This document shows positions 41,601 to 50,612 of a stretch of 64,000 bases of DNA, one piece after another. Location of the stretch: positions 618 through 64,617 of the IMG/VR virus record IMGVR_UViG_3300044971_003552. One strand, written 5' to 3'. Position 1 is the first letter of the stretch. Each line of letters begins with the position of its first letter. The DNA is from a virus. Its lineage: Duplodnaviria; Caudoviricetes. The position numbers were made by a program, and so were the translations under genes. The notes under the pieces are model-generated. The model worked only from the letters and a program-made list of their open reading frames with translations, had not been told where the DNA came from and searched no databases.

Positions 41601-44600
41601 ACTCAAAATAGATATTTAACAAACTTACAACCAGTTACATATTCTATTCCTAATGAATTTTACCAAACGACTTTTGATGTCAGACAAGCTTCCGCCAACA
41701 ACAGTATTATGATTAGTCTTCCTGCTAACCTAAGAGAAGATACCATTGATTTAAGTCTGGTTAACCAACAATACGACCCGGATCTACTGCTACATCAGTT
41801 TTCATACTCTGGTTCTCCGATTTATGATAAGTGGGATACTTCTATAAGTTTTGGTAATATTAATACTTCCTTAAATGATAATCAATTATCATCTATAACT
41901 GTGAGATGCAAGGGTATATCATCTGATAAAATATATGCCATAGGTAAACTTAGTTTGATGGAATTAGACAGTTTAACTTTACCAGGATTACCCATAAAGA
42001 TCACAGGAGTAGCTCGACCCAACTATTCGGCAAAGGAAGGGTCTCCGTGGAGAATTACTTTTAAGACATTGCACGGTCTAGAAAATCCTAATTTTCCTCC
42101 TACAATTCTATTGTCTGGTTTGCCAACAGTATGTTCCGGATATTATCCTTCTTTACCTCTAGAACAACAAAATGGATGCTTAGAATCTAGAAATTGGAGT
42201 CCGTCAGATAAATCATGGAATTTTGCCTTTACCGGTTTTCCATTGTGTGGTATCGATGGAGTGAAACCATTTTCAATAACAGCCATAGACACAGATACTA
42301 TTCAAAATATTTCCTTAAGTTTTGATACTATCAATGCTGCTATTGATTACACATCATTAGATGAGGAAGGATTTGTGCATCCTGTCCCTCAGATAGTGCC
42401 TGTGGGGCAGGTTGCGGATCCTATACAATTGTCTCCCCGTTGCTCAGAACCTCCCATAAATATTTCCTATCGTTTTGGACCTCAGAACAGAGCAACATGT
42501 CCTATACCAACAGGCATTACTGGCTGGATAGTATCAGCTTCCGGAGGAAATAATCTATTACCCTCGGGGCTATCCTATACTATCAGTTTTCCTGGAGGTA
42601 GTCCAAAGAGACCATGGAATAATCTAGGCAGCGGCACTTTAACGATTACTGGAGATCCTTTATTTTTTGCTAGCGGTACAGAGTATGCTGAAAAGCTTAT
42701 CTTGACTGTTTTTGACGCTAGAGGCAAGTCGATACAAAAAATTATTAAGTTTACAGATATATCGTCTCCTAATCCACCTTCTCCTATTGATCTTCCTATT
42801 TATTTTGATAGCGAAAAACCTATTTACACTCGTAGACTACCAGGACAAAATAATATAACAAACCCTAGTGGAACAACACCAATAGATTGGCAAAGTTATC
42901 CAGATTTACCATTGGTGTATTGGCCAGCGGCGAATGCTAATAATTTAAAATGTGACAGTATATTACCACACAACCAGTGTCTCGTAACGTCTTTTGCTTA
43001 TAGTGGGGCTAATTTTCAAACTTTTGACTTCAGAGTATTCATAAAACCAGAAAGACCTATTCTTAGTGCTGGAAGTACAGTGTATGTAGAATTTGATAAT
43101 AATCCCGGACATAACCGGAATAATAGATATCAATTATCCAGTCAGGGTAATTTTCCTAATATACAATATTTTATAACAGCAGATGGTCATGATTTAGGAA
43201 CGGGCATAGGCAGACTGGTTCAGGAAAGAACCCCAAGATTTAATACTCAAAATATCCAAAAGTTTTTAGGCAATACAGACATAACAACAACAAGATCATT
43301 GCTAGGTTGTGGCAGCTTTGCTTCAAAGTCCAGTGTGCAGGAGGCTGGTTTTGGTCTCTTTGGAAGGATGTATCCAAGTATACAGGCTACAATTCCTAGC
43401 GGAGAGGTATTTTCTTCACAGATAGAAGGAAATCCACCTCCTGTTCCTTTAGCAAATCTTTCTTTGTCTACATTAGATAATATGTATACAAGTGGAGTTC
43501 CACAGATATCAACTGTTAAAACTTTTGATTGCTGGCAAACGGGTTACTTAAGAATAAGCGGAATACTTTTACCCTCTCCGTCAGTTGAACTAACAGACCC
43601 TGCTCCTGCCGCTGAGGCACCATTTGCATATAATGGACAACAATATTTTATTGGTAGTCGTTGCGTATATGGTAGTAATCCAGATGATAGAAATTTAATA
43701 GGAAATAAAAGAGATGTTAATATAGACTATAAACTTAAAAATATACTGTCTAATTCTACTTATGCTCAGGGATCAGTAGGACCAAATCAAGCAATATCAT
43801 TTAATCATACCGAAAACACAGGAACAGTATTTTCTTTATTTATTAATAATACTCCATCTATTTTTCCAACATATAGATCAAATGCTATAAGATATGCTGA
43901 AAATGAGTACTTTTGGGTTCACAAGGGTGGAACAAAAAATCAAAGTATCACACAAAATAGTTTTCCTCCGGTTGTCATTGGTGGACTAAAAGATATTCAT
44001 GCTCTAAGTGGGACAAGTATTTCTGGTTACAGTATTACAGCAGTAGGAGGATATATTCCTTTTAATGAGTATTCAACTCCAATTCCTTATTATAGGTTGC
44101 CCGATGGATCAAACTGGTCAACATCTAACTATCCTCCATTTATTACAGGTGTTATACAGAGTAGAGTTGCTGTTGAAAACTCAATAACTTACAGCCACTC
44201 TGGCTCGTCCAATTCTCAGTATCAATTCATACAGTCTAGCTTATTAAGTAATCCATATAATATAGAAGTGGGAGATACTATCTATATTAGCTTCCCAGGC
44301 ACAGACATTCCAGCACAAACTATTGCTCTGGGAGTGAACAACATAAGCAACAATACATTATTAATCCCGTACTCTAGAGTTGATAAACCAGCTATCCTCA
44401 ATGGAGCTGCGAAATTTTCATTTTTATCTAGCGTAACCGGTATAGAATCAAGCAGTATTTTTATTAAACACAAAAATTTACCATTAGTTACGGGAGATAG
44501 TATTGATGTTGTTTGGAGTTCGGGCAGTTCTTTTAATAGTATTGCTCCTTTAACAAATTCTATGACAGTAAGTTCTTTTAATAGTACATCTGCTGTTGTA

Positions 44601-45197
44601 TCTTATAATGGTGTCGGATCTTCTTTTTCCAGTGGATTATCTATTGGGCATTCAGTAGATATATATAAAAATTATCATAATGAAATTAATATTGGATCAT
44701 TAACCTTTTCTAAAGAAGGCTATTGGTTATTTAGCTTATCAGGTATTCCAACTAATGTTTATAAAGACTATAGATACAAGATAGTTACTGTAGAAAATAG
44801 CGGTATGCCAGTATTTTCTGGTACAGATTTGGTTGCCAAGAAGTACGTTTCTTTACATAATACCTATATTAGCAAACCTATTAAAATATTACTCAATAAT
44901 AATTATTCTATTCCAAACAACAACGGGGTATGGACATTGTCTTTTAGTGTAGATGGAGGAAGTAGACCAATTAAAAATAACACCCCAGAAATTATGATTA
45001 ACAATAGTATTTGCAATTTTAATAGAACACTAAATTCTCTTACTATGCAAGACTCTTACGATGTGGAAAATGATAGATGGAATATTACTATCGGAAATAA
45101 TAATAATTATGATTGGAGATATGATGGCTCATTTGAATTGAAAGTTTTTGACGATACCGGATTTGATACTAAAACTATTCTTTTTAGTAATGGATAA
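32628..45197 (+). CDS. giant 4189-aa virion fibre/adhesin protein
   Basis: Single ORF; N-terminal collagen GXY, LPINSGGT repeats, DADLLDG, YadA-like stretch, cadherin/He_PIG-like LPQWLAFD..FSGTP. Confidence 0.75.
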   Translation: MSIVRVEEDIQPLKYLVVTQQRDPESVITTNVVISDTRNNRINLVSIEKGLQGDIGLVGPKGDPGKDGVIFDVLPINSGGTNNTIFSSGHVIYYDGSKLSSSNYTIQDILNNAGNSSNLTGIIAESGLYVNLVNNNARLGVKTGGGLTINEQNTIVVDDTIVRKVELNLGSIEGVVPIEKGGTNNQLFNSNRLLYYDGFKIASFPLATGRILLSGTTIDIVAGSGLVGGGLTSLPSGSVVLNIGGSSDILVETNSISLSNTGIAGTYNKITTDEKGRVVSGSNLSASDIISILNYTPWHIGNDGENSGLDADLLDGQQGSYYLDLSNSTGILSADSLPVQSAPGLYTKVQVNNKGIVINGQDINYGDIVNALGYRPVSATGDIIYGPLTINGNTTLDGNDLVVKDNLPLLGTNSPFILPNEPRGFSFMYGGLTPQTGILAYYPGERELRLITNIGATGIVDAGSGDNFNNEVDGGDANSVYVIGNITGDMNIVLLRSVADSLYVSRFADQTISGNKTFADPLAVRGQISVIPNINQSTPPFNVGANTRMVENLNVDLLHGKNLDYYNDASNMTGLFNYEKVQFNSLEGTIGFIPRFDNRTNNPSRTISDSVIQQTGQIVRVNNNFNFSVGTSNTGSFDANRSALIGQNNRIIGDNSLAVGSNNLVNANNSIALNSKSQALTDNSIAAGNHGYTWSENQVSFGSFRELNNISTAQGQHSTITLGLSGVQTDGAWVNMSPSINIPKNKTLSYTLEVLMNKAAGTGAALFTYESGIIKNSTFRNPNNPSFLTNITSILKDATKREIYNDSQRRRYYYHFNLDNNNFIQNLDVTAPDIKTLDIKPYNTESLYKYIPQYIESYGTYEKTNDGELVLNIPKPITYGWFYQNSGSPDIIVKSYFHGMTTGSVSRLNFTSATKHTPFSKQYQVSSIISDTLFSVKETSWSGRLTNDELILDPQVVSDIDSKNSIITNAGFLYTNSPDIYNVPTNITNVLHTGMYVRYYPHGSGYSYVVPQTGKIIAKTSSSITFDTPFTGLTIFNQSINTQAVLEFTQYTRHVFDSSKTVHLNISGYGQQSLTSLSGAYAASYCGQPTYSIKLSGIPNNIFTDTIATIRPATTNSGTVSLVSHRNISGTYTRDATQYKKYEGIYIRQPSISGNSRISIYNQNLEPIELPSVPFNYSFVCGYGDDDNGSFEIYKSGLYSYLKFKSVSGIDISLSCGQDFDYVYKVANLMDVSYIKNYLYGIDYDLQQSGCYFYSQYPVNSGAGYVFYPDTLETSDLTALPLGLLPDKTYFPVNIKLVNSSYIFDLSKSSGGQPITIINDNNRKSSYKIFPRIRDAYNKDIYNIRIKVFDMSGRNYEKPFSIHIDPVNVRTHIRNSIPDQSAIINELFTYTIPNNTFPNKTKISSVRLSDGRVLPQWLAFDQSKQAFSGTPLAANSGTIELLVKATGVDLIVSDVFKLSVTDSYPSISNYIVDPVLSFDIKNIFLSSISVPQNASYDTHVGKLSADGGYNPYLIFKTSSNSFNGYSHFGGNVLTECSASISQFSTVTLSGIIPYLSGHNILVSGTNNQSQQIVSKIVPSSIFNITVSSGSNFLLFNNPNSNYTGIIFSGNKIFSNIQNWDNNYYATNVTTTGIYLNRNFTNLNSESTGLTCFTSGYNILLNSNVNFTDNIIGIFSTPINESGFYYIDQLKNFTTNYQSATRCPVTLSNNDNIKGFDTETNEYIIEKGYYSTGLISFYTDVGYSDISISSPEHLNFENDESSVYLRFLSRNTGVLPTSQGYSKISGIARSSFNVNNGYFFPNSQPYATGSVLVNVDKNHGYKLANNNIINQIPVQFLDTQENNSNRKPKNNLFDIDDVEGNTIYVKDKNNYLLKEIGKPDYFEQAISGIYTTNGFGFSAAFVHNDYKIYDLDYGGSPIWPQDKIIDVNSSLGSSSSSFVSNSRLLDFTQGFFFNGTVARSGSHIVYNGTFPSLVYSGYVMSVFSTDPLWPTTGITVGYNGYNYSPLSVSFNTGIPKVFNTHGLGSTVSPINIQCTGLISQSTYGDMRIALLGYDYQIVNISGSYSPPSGSNFVISKTNQDSSETTLFSSSNNSNINIQVTGWPKEIISLKLYKNNDQLNFSTLNININSTFHPINIGKRLDILNAIDNINTDYVDAMFYFKPIITLDQRVCLNNKYRQPDNRVFFNGNQITIHNLSTPRSYLNTNDQIKILSLNSGIDFIDSAVSRNCRVVGTGVNNTAIYCIPNNGPKIVSPNSIYNSDDLWRRNSLRYAHSFGIRANQELPNTGIISFVGAVSGYFSIPQTNNLYHHTYGGYTANWPMDPYGKRVSAPLTGVFSIQSNSSQCVSGTLCLSIKGFSNTNFNSIPDLTNRSGIGKQPHAIDTDAVKGYIRPWGTANKKYYFDFSDNAPELNGLYYINDKTDPYNITINIPYNINYLGRSGLVYIIDSDYNIKSNINPNIDNSFVLSESNASVVTDTIPPQPVALIDYKINSYSLKSKRWKHLVHFNNPTSIPYSGYNITFDSSQQQVSQLLYLNPDKINILNIDYSMDYGESYTQLDQNKIKIKTTDENPIYLRIQTKDGSQKWSQSLLSSAPKINIHGLNTYSIDTNTISYNNQNKIWTITAIIDNIKNITTNRDISVVASDETGTDSTNLIIDLTKIPEIAVPKVTYTYVNSPIPWSVNYDIKYLPDPYLIVMSGYPGPSFNINNETFNNSTGVKILYGNAGSVTGVFNTTLSVKDYITGENLSSQTGVIRVLAMNQTKPGYTLDPIGLPDDIYLNIDNDNSSSSFYFYVDAINTSQTSLLVTLTQDVGYTRNIITEYSNVSNRYKITVSLVGSAGYYSNKSITVSLLQPQVNSEDVEVWVPYTYTKLVNITLYKTLTIDRYTLPQPLSFDKQDTWFLQFYLLGGIFSHRPDQAPSVRLSNLPNKGTYPNDPLEYNIRYEYDNADKRWKVIATGRSDNFARMTDSLGVKSIKIFAEDSINTAADTINLTFTQNRYLTNLQPVTYSIPNEFYQTTFDVRQASANNSIMISLPANLREDTIDLSLVNQQYDPDLLLHQFSYSGSPIYDKWDTSISFGNINTSLNDNQLSSITVRCKGISSDKIYAIGKLSLMELDSLTLPGLPIKITGVARPNYSAKEGSPWRITFKTLHGLENPNFPPTILLSGLPTVCSGYYPSLPLEQQNGCLESRNWSPSDKSWNFAFTGFPLCGIDGVKPFSITAIDTDTIQNISLSFDTINAAIDYTSLDEEGFVHPVPQIVPVGQVADPIQLSPRCSEPPINISYRFGPQNRATCPIPTGITGWIVSASGGNNLLPSGLSYTISFPGGSPKRPWNNLGSGTLTITGDPLFFASGTEYAEKLILTVFDARGKSIQKIIKFTDISSPNPPSPIDLPIYFDSEKPIYTRRLPGQNNITNPSGTTPIDWQSYPDLPLVYWPAANANNLKCDSILPHNQCLVTSFAYSGANFQTFDFRVFIKPERPILSAGSTVYVEFDNNPGHNRNNRYQLSSQGNFPNIQYFITADGHDLGTGIGRLVQERTPRFNTQNIQKFLGNTDITTTRSLLGCGSFASKSSVQEAGFGLFGRMYPSIQATIPSGEVFSSQIEGNPPPVPLANLSLSTLDNMYTSGVPQISTVKTFDCWQTGYLRISGILLPSPSVELTDPAPAAEAPFAYNGQQYFIGSRCVYGSNPDDRNLIGNKRDVNIDYKLKNILSNSTYAQGSVGPNQAISFNHTENTGTVFSLFINNTPSIFPTYRSNAIRYAENEYFWVHKGGTKNQSITQNSFPPVVIGGLKDIHALSGTSISGYSITAVGGYIPFNEYSTPIPYYRLPDGSNWSTSNYPPFITGVIQSRVAVENSITYSHSGSSNSQYQFIQSSLLSNPYNIEVGDTIYISFPGTDIPAQTIALGVNNISNNTLLIPYSRVDKPAILNGAAKFSFLSSVTGIESSSIFIKHKNLPLVTGDSIDVVWSSGSSFNSIAPLTNSMTVSSFNSTSAVVSYNGVGSSFSSGLSIGHSVDIYKNYHNEINIGSLTFSKEGYWLFSLSGIPTNVYKDYRYKIVTVENSGMPVFSGTDLVAKKYVSLHNTYISKPIKILLNNNYSIPNNNGVWTLSFSVDGGSRPIKNNTPEIMINNSICNFNRTLNSLTMQDSYDVENDRWNITIGNNNNYDWRYDGSFELKVFDDTGFDTKTILFSNG

Positions 45198-45199
45198 CT

Positions 45200-46351
45200 A
45201 TGGCTACTATTAATATTACAAACCCATCTCCTAAATATTTAGTCATTAATCAGTCTATAGACGGGTCTGATAGTAAGAATGTTATTACTACCAATCTAAC
45301 TATAAATGATGGTTTCGATAATACCGTAGGAGTTGTATATATCGAAAGAGGTTTGCAGGGTTTGCAAGGAATCAGAGGAGAAGTTGGTCCTATCGGTCCA
45401 ACCGGCCCTATTGGTCCCTCTGGTTTACGCGGATTACCCGGTCCGCCGGGTAGTGGCTTAACAAAACTGCAAGTCGGAAATCTAGAGATTAAAGAGAACG
45501 AAACTCTTAATATCGAAGGAGAGGGTGGAACAGAAGTTACATTTTATCCTTTAACTAAGACTATCAAAATATCATCAAATATTGTCGGACAGGACTATGC
45601 GGCAAAAAATCATACACACACATCACAGAACATAACTAATTTTAATGAAAGTGTTGATGATAGAATATCAGAATTATTGGAAGCTGGAAGCCATATATCT
45701 TTATCGTATAACGACCAGGATCTAAATGAATTAATTATAAGTACTACTGGATTAGAAATAGGCTTAGATATACAGGCTCACAGCAATAGATTAGATAGAT
45801 TATCACAATTACCTGTTTATGGAAATAGTTTAATAGTAGGAACAGGAGTTGATCAATACGGAACAACGAACATCTCGAATCTAGGTAAAAATTTAATTAA
45901 TGATGTTACTCCAGAAGCCATGAGATTAACTCTAGAACTAGGTACAGCAGCAGAGTACGATCATGAGGTATTCGCTAAGCTTGAAGGAGGTAATCTTTTT
46001 ACTGGAACTCAGTCACTAGGAGATGGAGAGCTCACAAGATTTTCAGCATCATTATCCAATAAAACAAACAATTCCTATGTTATTTCTCAATCAGATAATG
46101 GAAAAGTTTTAAGTTTTAATAATAATAACTCAGCCATTAATGTTAGTTTTAATGAAAATTTAAATGTGGGGTTCAACTGCTTGGTTGCTCAAGTTGGTTC
46201 TGGACAGGTTAGGTTTTCAGGAACACAAATTTACAATAGGGCTTTTCATAATAAATTAATAGGAAAATATTCTATTGCTACTTTAGTTAAAGTTTCAACT
46301 GATGTTATTATACTGACAGGAGATACCACAGATGCTAACGGAGGACCATAA
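45200..46351 (+). CDS. collagen-repeat fibre protein
   Basis: GLQGLQGIRGEVGPIGPTGPIGPSGLRGLPGPPG; HTHTSQNITNF. Confidence 0.75.
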   Translation: MATINITNPSPKYLVINQSIDGSDSKNVITTNLTINDGFDNTVGVVYIERGLQGLQGIRGEVGPIGPTGPIGPSGLRGLPGPPGSGLTKLQVGNLEIKENETLNIEGEGGTEVTFYPLTKTIKISSNIVGQDYAAKNHTHTSQNITNFNESVDDRISELLEAGSHISLSYNDQDLNELIISTTGLEIGLDIQAHSNRLDRLSQLPVYGNSLIVGTGVDQYGTTNISNLGKNLINDVTPEAMRLTLELGTAAEYDHEVFAKLEGGNLFTGTQSLGDGELTRFSASLSNKTNNSYVISQSDNGKVLSFNNNNSAINVSFNENLNVGFNCLVAQVGSGQVRFSGTQIYNRAFHNKLIGKYSIATLVKVSTDVIILTGDTTDANGGP

Positions 46352-47349
46352 TGATATTACCTCCATTTTTTGGACATAAAACACCATCAAATGATGGAGA
46401 ACCGTATCGTATACATTATTCATACATTGGTGAAGATGCTTTTTCATATGACGAGTACCCAAAGAGCGTAAATAAACACACCTACATAGGTACTGATGTT
46501 CTCACCTATAAGATAAGGTTTTTACCTCCCCTATTAATTCATACCTACTTATCTCAGGACGCTTTATCTTACCAGAAATTAACAAAAACAGCCCTGATTT
46601 CCTACTGCTCCATAGACTGTTTGAGTTTTCAAAAAAGATATCCTCCAGAAGCTCCATTTAATATATTGGCCGTTCCTGGTAACTCTGAAGTATACCTTAG
46701 TTGGAGTGCTCCAGAATCTTATCAGTTACCAATTAAAGATTATATTATTAAATACACATTAGCTAATCCTTATGCTATTATGACTGAAAATGATAGCATC
46801 TTAAGATCTGAAAATGGAGAACCGCTTACTTTAGAAAATGCTCAGTCATTTAGTGAAAATTGGATTTTATTTAAAGACAAGAGAAATCCACTAACTAGTA
46901 TTACAGTTACTGGTTTGGTTAATAATAATACATACTCATTTAAAGTTGCTGCCGTTAATGCTGCTGGAAGAGGAAAGTATGGATATAGTAATAATGTTAC
47001 TCCTCAAGCTACCAGTTCCACTACTACTACCACGACATCAGTTCCTGTTTTAAATGGTTATTCTATAATAGATTCGTATGGTATGGACGGATTATTCTGT
47101 CCAGTAGATACCTATAATGGAAAGCCATTCTACAAACACACAAGTACTAACGACTGGTTTATATGGCACGATAGCCATGATTGGCTGTATGGAGATAGAA
47201 CAGGTGGTTCTTATGACCCAACGAATCCTACCAGCATTGTGGACAATCTTAGGTGGACGGCTTCTAATTTTAGCAATAGTCTAACACCCCCTACCATAAA
47301 TTGGAACGGAGATCTTGCGGGAGCAACTATCACCATGGTTCAGTGCTAA
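46351..47349 (+). CDS. FN3-domain virion protein
   Basis: LSWSAP..IKDY...TGLVNNNTYSFKVAAVN; short Thr tract. Confidence 0.7.
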   Translation: MILPPFFGHKTPSNDGEPYRIHYSYIGEDAFSYDEYPKSVNKHTYIGTDVLTYKIRFLPPLLIHTYLSQDALSYQKLTKTALISYCSIDCLSFQKRYPPEAPFNILAVPGNSEVYLSWSAPESYQLPIKDYIIKYTLANPYAIMTENDSILRSENGEPLTLENAQSFSENWILFKDKRNPLTSITVTGLVNNNTYSFKVAAVNAAGRGKYGYSNNVTPQATSSTTTTTTSVPVLNGYSIIDSYGMDGLFCPVDTYNGKPFYKHTSTNDWFIWHDSHDWLYGDRTGGSYDPTNPTSIVDNLRWTASNFSNSLTPPTINWNGDLAGATITMVQC

Positions 47350-47438
47350 AATTTTTGGCCCTTTAAATCAAATTTCATCAACCTTATCGGTAAGAATAAG
47401 CTATTGGGGTATAATTATGTACAATACAAGGAGATAAA

Positions 47439-50400
47439 ATGGCCACTTTATTTTTCGAAGGCTTCGACAAAGGAATAATATTTAATCAGCTTGACCCTAA
47501 TTATTGGTCAACTCAGTTTAAGCAGTATCCCAAATATGCTTTTGGTGGATATTTACCAGACGATCTCGGTTATACATATAATTCTCCTAATGGAGGATTT
47601 TTACCATCGGGTTCTTATATCACCAATGTCAGTGAGGTGGGAAATAATGCTTATCCTGGTTTTGGTTCTCCTCCTGGGTTTTTAGCATTTAGTAATATTG
47701 AGATCGAAAATACTAGTAGTGTTGAAATACCTACATACTTACAGTGTAGTGGTTTTCCTTTATCATCAGGAAATACTACGTATTTAGCTATGAGATGTTT
47801 GGGCTTAGAGTCAAAACATACTGAATATTCTAATTATCCATATAGACATACCTTTTTTAGTTATAATAGCGGAGATTTACCGCAATTAACAGTCAATATA
47901 GTTAAAATAACAGGCTTAACTAACTTAATATCAATTAATGGTAAAAATGAAACACTAGCACTAGAGGTACAACAGAACGATACCACATTAGGCTATTTTG
48001 ATTTAAATATAGTTAATAACATAACAGGATACAGAATTGCTTCAGTATATAATACTAACAATACTATATTAACGCCAGCTCATACTATTTCTAATAGAGG
48101 ATACTCTTCTATTATGAGTCGCTGGGTACATTTGGAGTTTAGTGTAGATGAATCCCAAGAAGAGCCAACTCTATTTATTAATGCTGAAGATATTAATTTG
48201 CCAGTAGTAAATTTTAATAATGAAATAAATAGAGAAGACTGGGAAATAGGATTACCAATAAGCGGATTTAAATTTAATAATTTACGATTCTATAATAGAA
48301 CTTACTCTAGTAGTATTATTAATACAATGACAGACTTTGGGTTTCAAGGACAAATAGGGCCACAGGTGGGTCAATCATTTTACTATATGTTTGGGAAAAA
48401 TTGGCTCTTAGACGATTTGGTATTGATCGACAGTGCTGTGCCAGAACCATCATATTGGCTTGGATCAACAGCTAGAGTTTCTCAATTAGCTCCTGGTGTA
48501 TCTGGACAAGTATTTATTAATAACGTTATTGGTACTGTACCAGCTCGTTTAATAGATGATGTTCTTAGAGCCGATGGTATAAAAGATTGGACCACAAACT
48601 CTACTACGAGATTAGGTAATTCATCTGTATTTGTTACTAGTCATAGAAAAGCATTGTCTTATCTAGATAGCGATCTTAATAGTATTGAAGCCATTAATAG
48701 CGGAGCTATAGATGCTGTGGCTTTTTCTTCAAGACAGCTTTATATTAATGTTGATGGAGGTAATAGTCCAATTTATAGTTTCCCATATGATAATAACTCT
48801 ATCTGGAGAGAAACTCTTAACGAAGCAGTGGGAGGAGTGAAGATTTATAATAGTGCTCGAAAGAAATTTTTAGATACTAAATTTGTAAACGTTTTTAGGT
48901 CGGGTGTTAGTGATCCTCTGGAAAGTAGCGTTTCATTATTATTGCACGGAGACGCTACTCCCATAGTAGACAGTACAAAAATTCCAAAATCTATTACTAA
49001 TAATAATGTTATAGTAAGAGGTAATAACACTAAATTTAGTAATGGTAGTTTATATTTTAATGACACTAGTTCTTATCTTAGTATAAACCACAGCGATCTA
49101 GCTAATAATCCATTTACTATTGAATGTTGGATTTATTTTAATAATCATAATCAAAGTATATCTTTATTTGAGAGAACTCCCAATGTCTTTGAACAACGAC
49201 CAACGAGTTGTGCAACTAGTTATTATAAATTTTTGGCTAGTACTACTGGAGTCTCATTTGTTAGAGGAAATAATTGTGACAAAACATTACTGTTTCCTAG
49301 TGGCGCTCAGACCGGAGTATGGAATCATTTGGCGGTAGTAAGAACAACAGGAAATGCTTTTAGATGTTTTTTAAATGGGGTAGCTAATACAGGATATATT
49401 ATTAGCGACTGCGACAATAGATTATGTTACAATGAAGATGGTAATATGAATTTTCAAAGAGAAACTCAAGGAATATTCCAAGGAACTTATAATTTAAATT
49501 TTCTCAACAATGCCAATATTATAGCAAGTTCGGAATACTGGAATGGAAACACCACCATTAGTATGCCAAGTCCAAAAATTGGACAACCCAAACCACTACA
49601 AACATCAGATGAATATTTTAATAATGTGTCGCTTTTAGTTCAGTCTAACAAACCATCTATTATTGATTTGTCTTCCAATCCTAAAACTATAAACAATAAT
49701 GGTGTGGTATTTAGCAATAATCGATCAAGATTTGGACACAAGAGTTTATACTTTACTGGTGGGAAAACATTATCTTTCGCCAATAGTAGTGATTTTGATT
49801 TTGGTTCTGATGATTTTACTATAGATTTTTGGTATTATTTAAATAATACAAATTCTAATACGACTTATAATATTTTAACTAGTAATAATATTACTCTCCA
49901 AGCATTAAATGGAGGAGCGACTATACGAATATATGTTACAGACTCGAACAGCATTTCTTACAATTTCAGAACGACCAACGGCAATACTGTACTCGGTACT
50001 GGTAGTTCGTATTCTATATCTTTGGATAAATGGTATTATGTGAATATAACCAAGTATGCTGGTGATATGTTCTTATATTTGGTTCCGAGTCAAGACTCCG
50101 TTACTCCCTTTTTTAGTTGGCCATTATATCTATTTAAAAATGAGTCGGTATCTAGTCCATTTGGAGGGTTTAATACATATAATAATTTTCCGATCAATTT
50201 TAATGGTTTCACTATTGGAGATAGTAATACAAATTTAACTCATAATCTATATATAGACAACTTCAGAGTTACCAAAGGACTAGCTAGAATAGTAACTAGA
50301 CTAAATGCTCCAGTTTCAGCTCCTAAAGAAACATTTGGAATTTCATTACCGGATGAAAATTTTGATAGTTCAGTATATATTGATGAGTTTAGAATAACAT

Positions 50401-50612
50401 ATGGAGCCAATAGATACAATAGTAATTTTACTCCGCCAACTCAACCGTTTAAAACCGAAAGAGACGACTATTATCAGCTAGGGCCGGAGTATAATGTTAG
50501 TAAAACGAGCTATAAAACATTTCAGCATTATGCCTTGAAAAATCCTGCTACCAATCAAGCTTGGACATTGCCAGAAATTAGTGGGATGACACTTGGGGTT
50601 AAAAAATTATGA
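47439..50612 (+). CDS. LamG/concanavalin-like multi-domain virion protein
   Basis: VSLLLHG, FTIECW, WNHLAVVR, FTIDFW, YIDNFRVTKG, YIDEFRIT. Confidence 0.75.
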   Translation: MATLFFEGFDKGIIFNQLDPNYWSTQFKQYPKYAFGGYLPDDLGYTYNSPNGGFLPSGSYITNVSEVGNNAYPGFGSPPGFLAFSNIEIENTSSVEIPTYLQCSGFPLSSGNTTYLAMRCLGLESKHTEYSNYPYRHTFFSYNSGDLPQLTVNIVKITGLTNLISINGKNETLALEVQQNDTTLGYFDLNIVNNITGYRIASVYNTNNTILTPAHTISNRGYSSIMSRWVHLEFSVDESQEEPTLFINAEDINLPVVNFNNEINREDWEIGLPISGFKFNNLRFYNRTYSSSIINTMTDFGFQGQIGPQVGQSFYYMFGKNWLLDDLVLIDSAVPEPSYWLGSTARVSQLAPGVSGQVFINNVIGTVPARLIDDVLRADGIKDWTTNSTTRLGNSSVFVTSHRKALSYLDSDLNSIEAINSGAIDAVAFSSRQLYINVDGGNSPIYSFPYDNNSIWRETLNEAVGGVKIYNSARKKFLDTKFVNVFRSGVSDPLESSVSLLLHGDATPIVDSTKIPKSITNNNVIVRGNNTKFSNGSLYFNDTSSYLSINHSDLANNPFTIECWIYFNNHNQSISLFERTPNVFEQRPTSCATSYYKFLASTTGVSFVRGNNCDKTLLFPSGAQTGVWNHLAVVRTTGNAFRCFLNGVANTGYIISDCDNRLCYNEDGNMNFQRETQGIFQGTYNLNFLNNANIIASSEYWNGNTTISMPSPKIGQPKPLQTSDEYFNNVSLLVQSNKPSIIDLSSNPKTINNNGVVFSNNRSRFGHKSLYFTGGKTLSFANSSDFDFGSDDFTIDFWYYLNNTNSNTTYNILTSNNITLQALNGGATIRIYVTDSNSISYNFRTTNGNTVLGTGSSYSISLDKWYYVNITKYAGDMFLYLVPSQDSVTPFFSWPLYLFKNESVSSPFGGFNTYNNFPINFNGFTIGDSNTNLTHNLYIDNFRVTKGLARIVTRLNAPVSAPKETFGISLPDENFDSSVYIDEFRITYGANRYNSNFTPPTQPFKTERDDYYQLGPEYNVSKTSYKTFQHYALKNPATNQAWTLPEISGMTLGVKKL

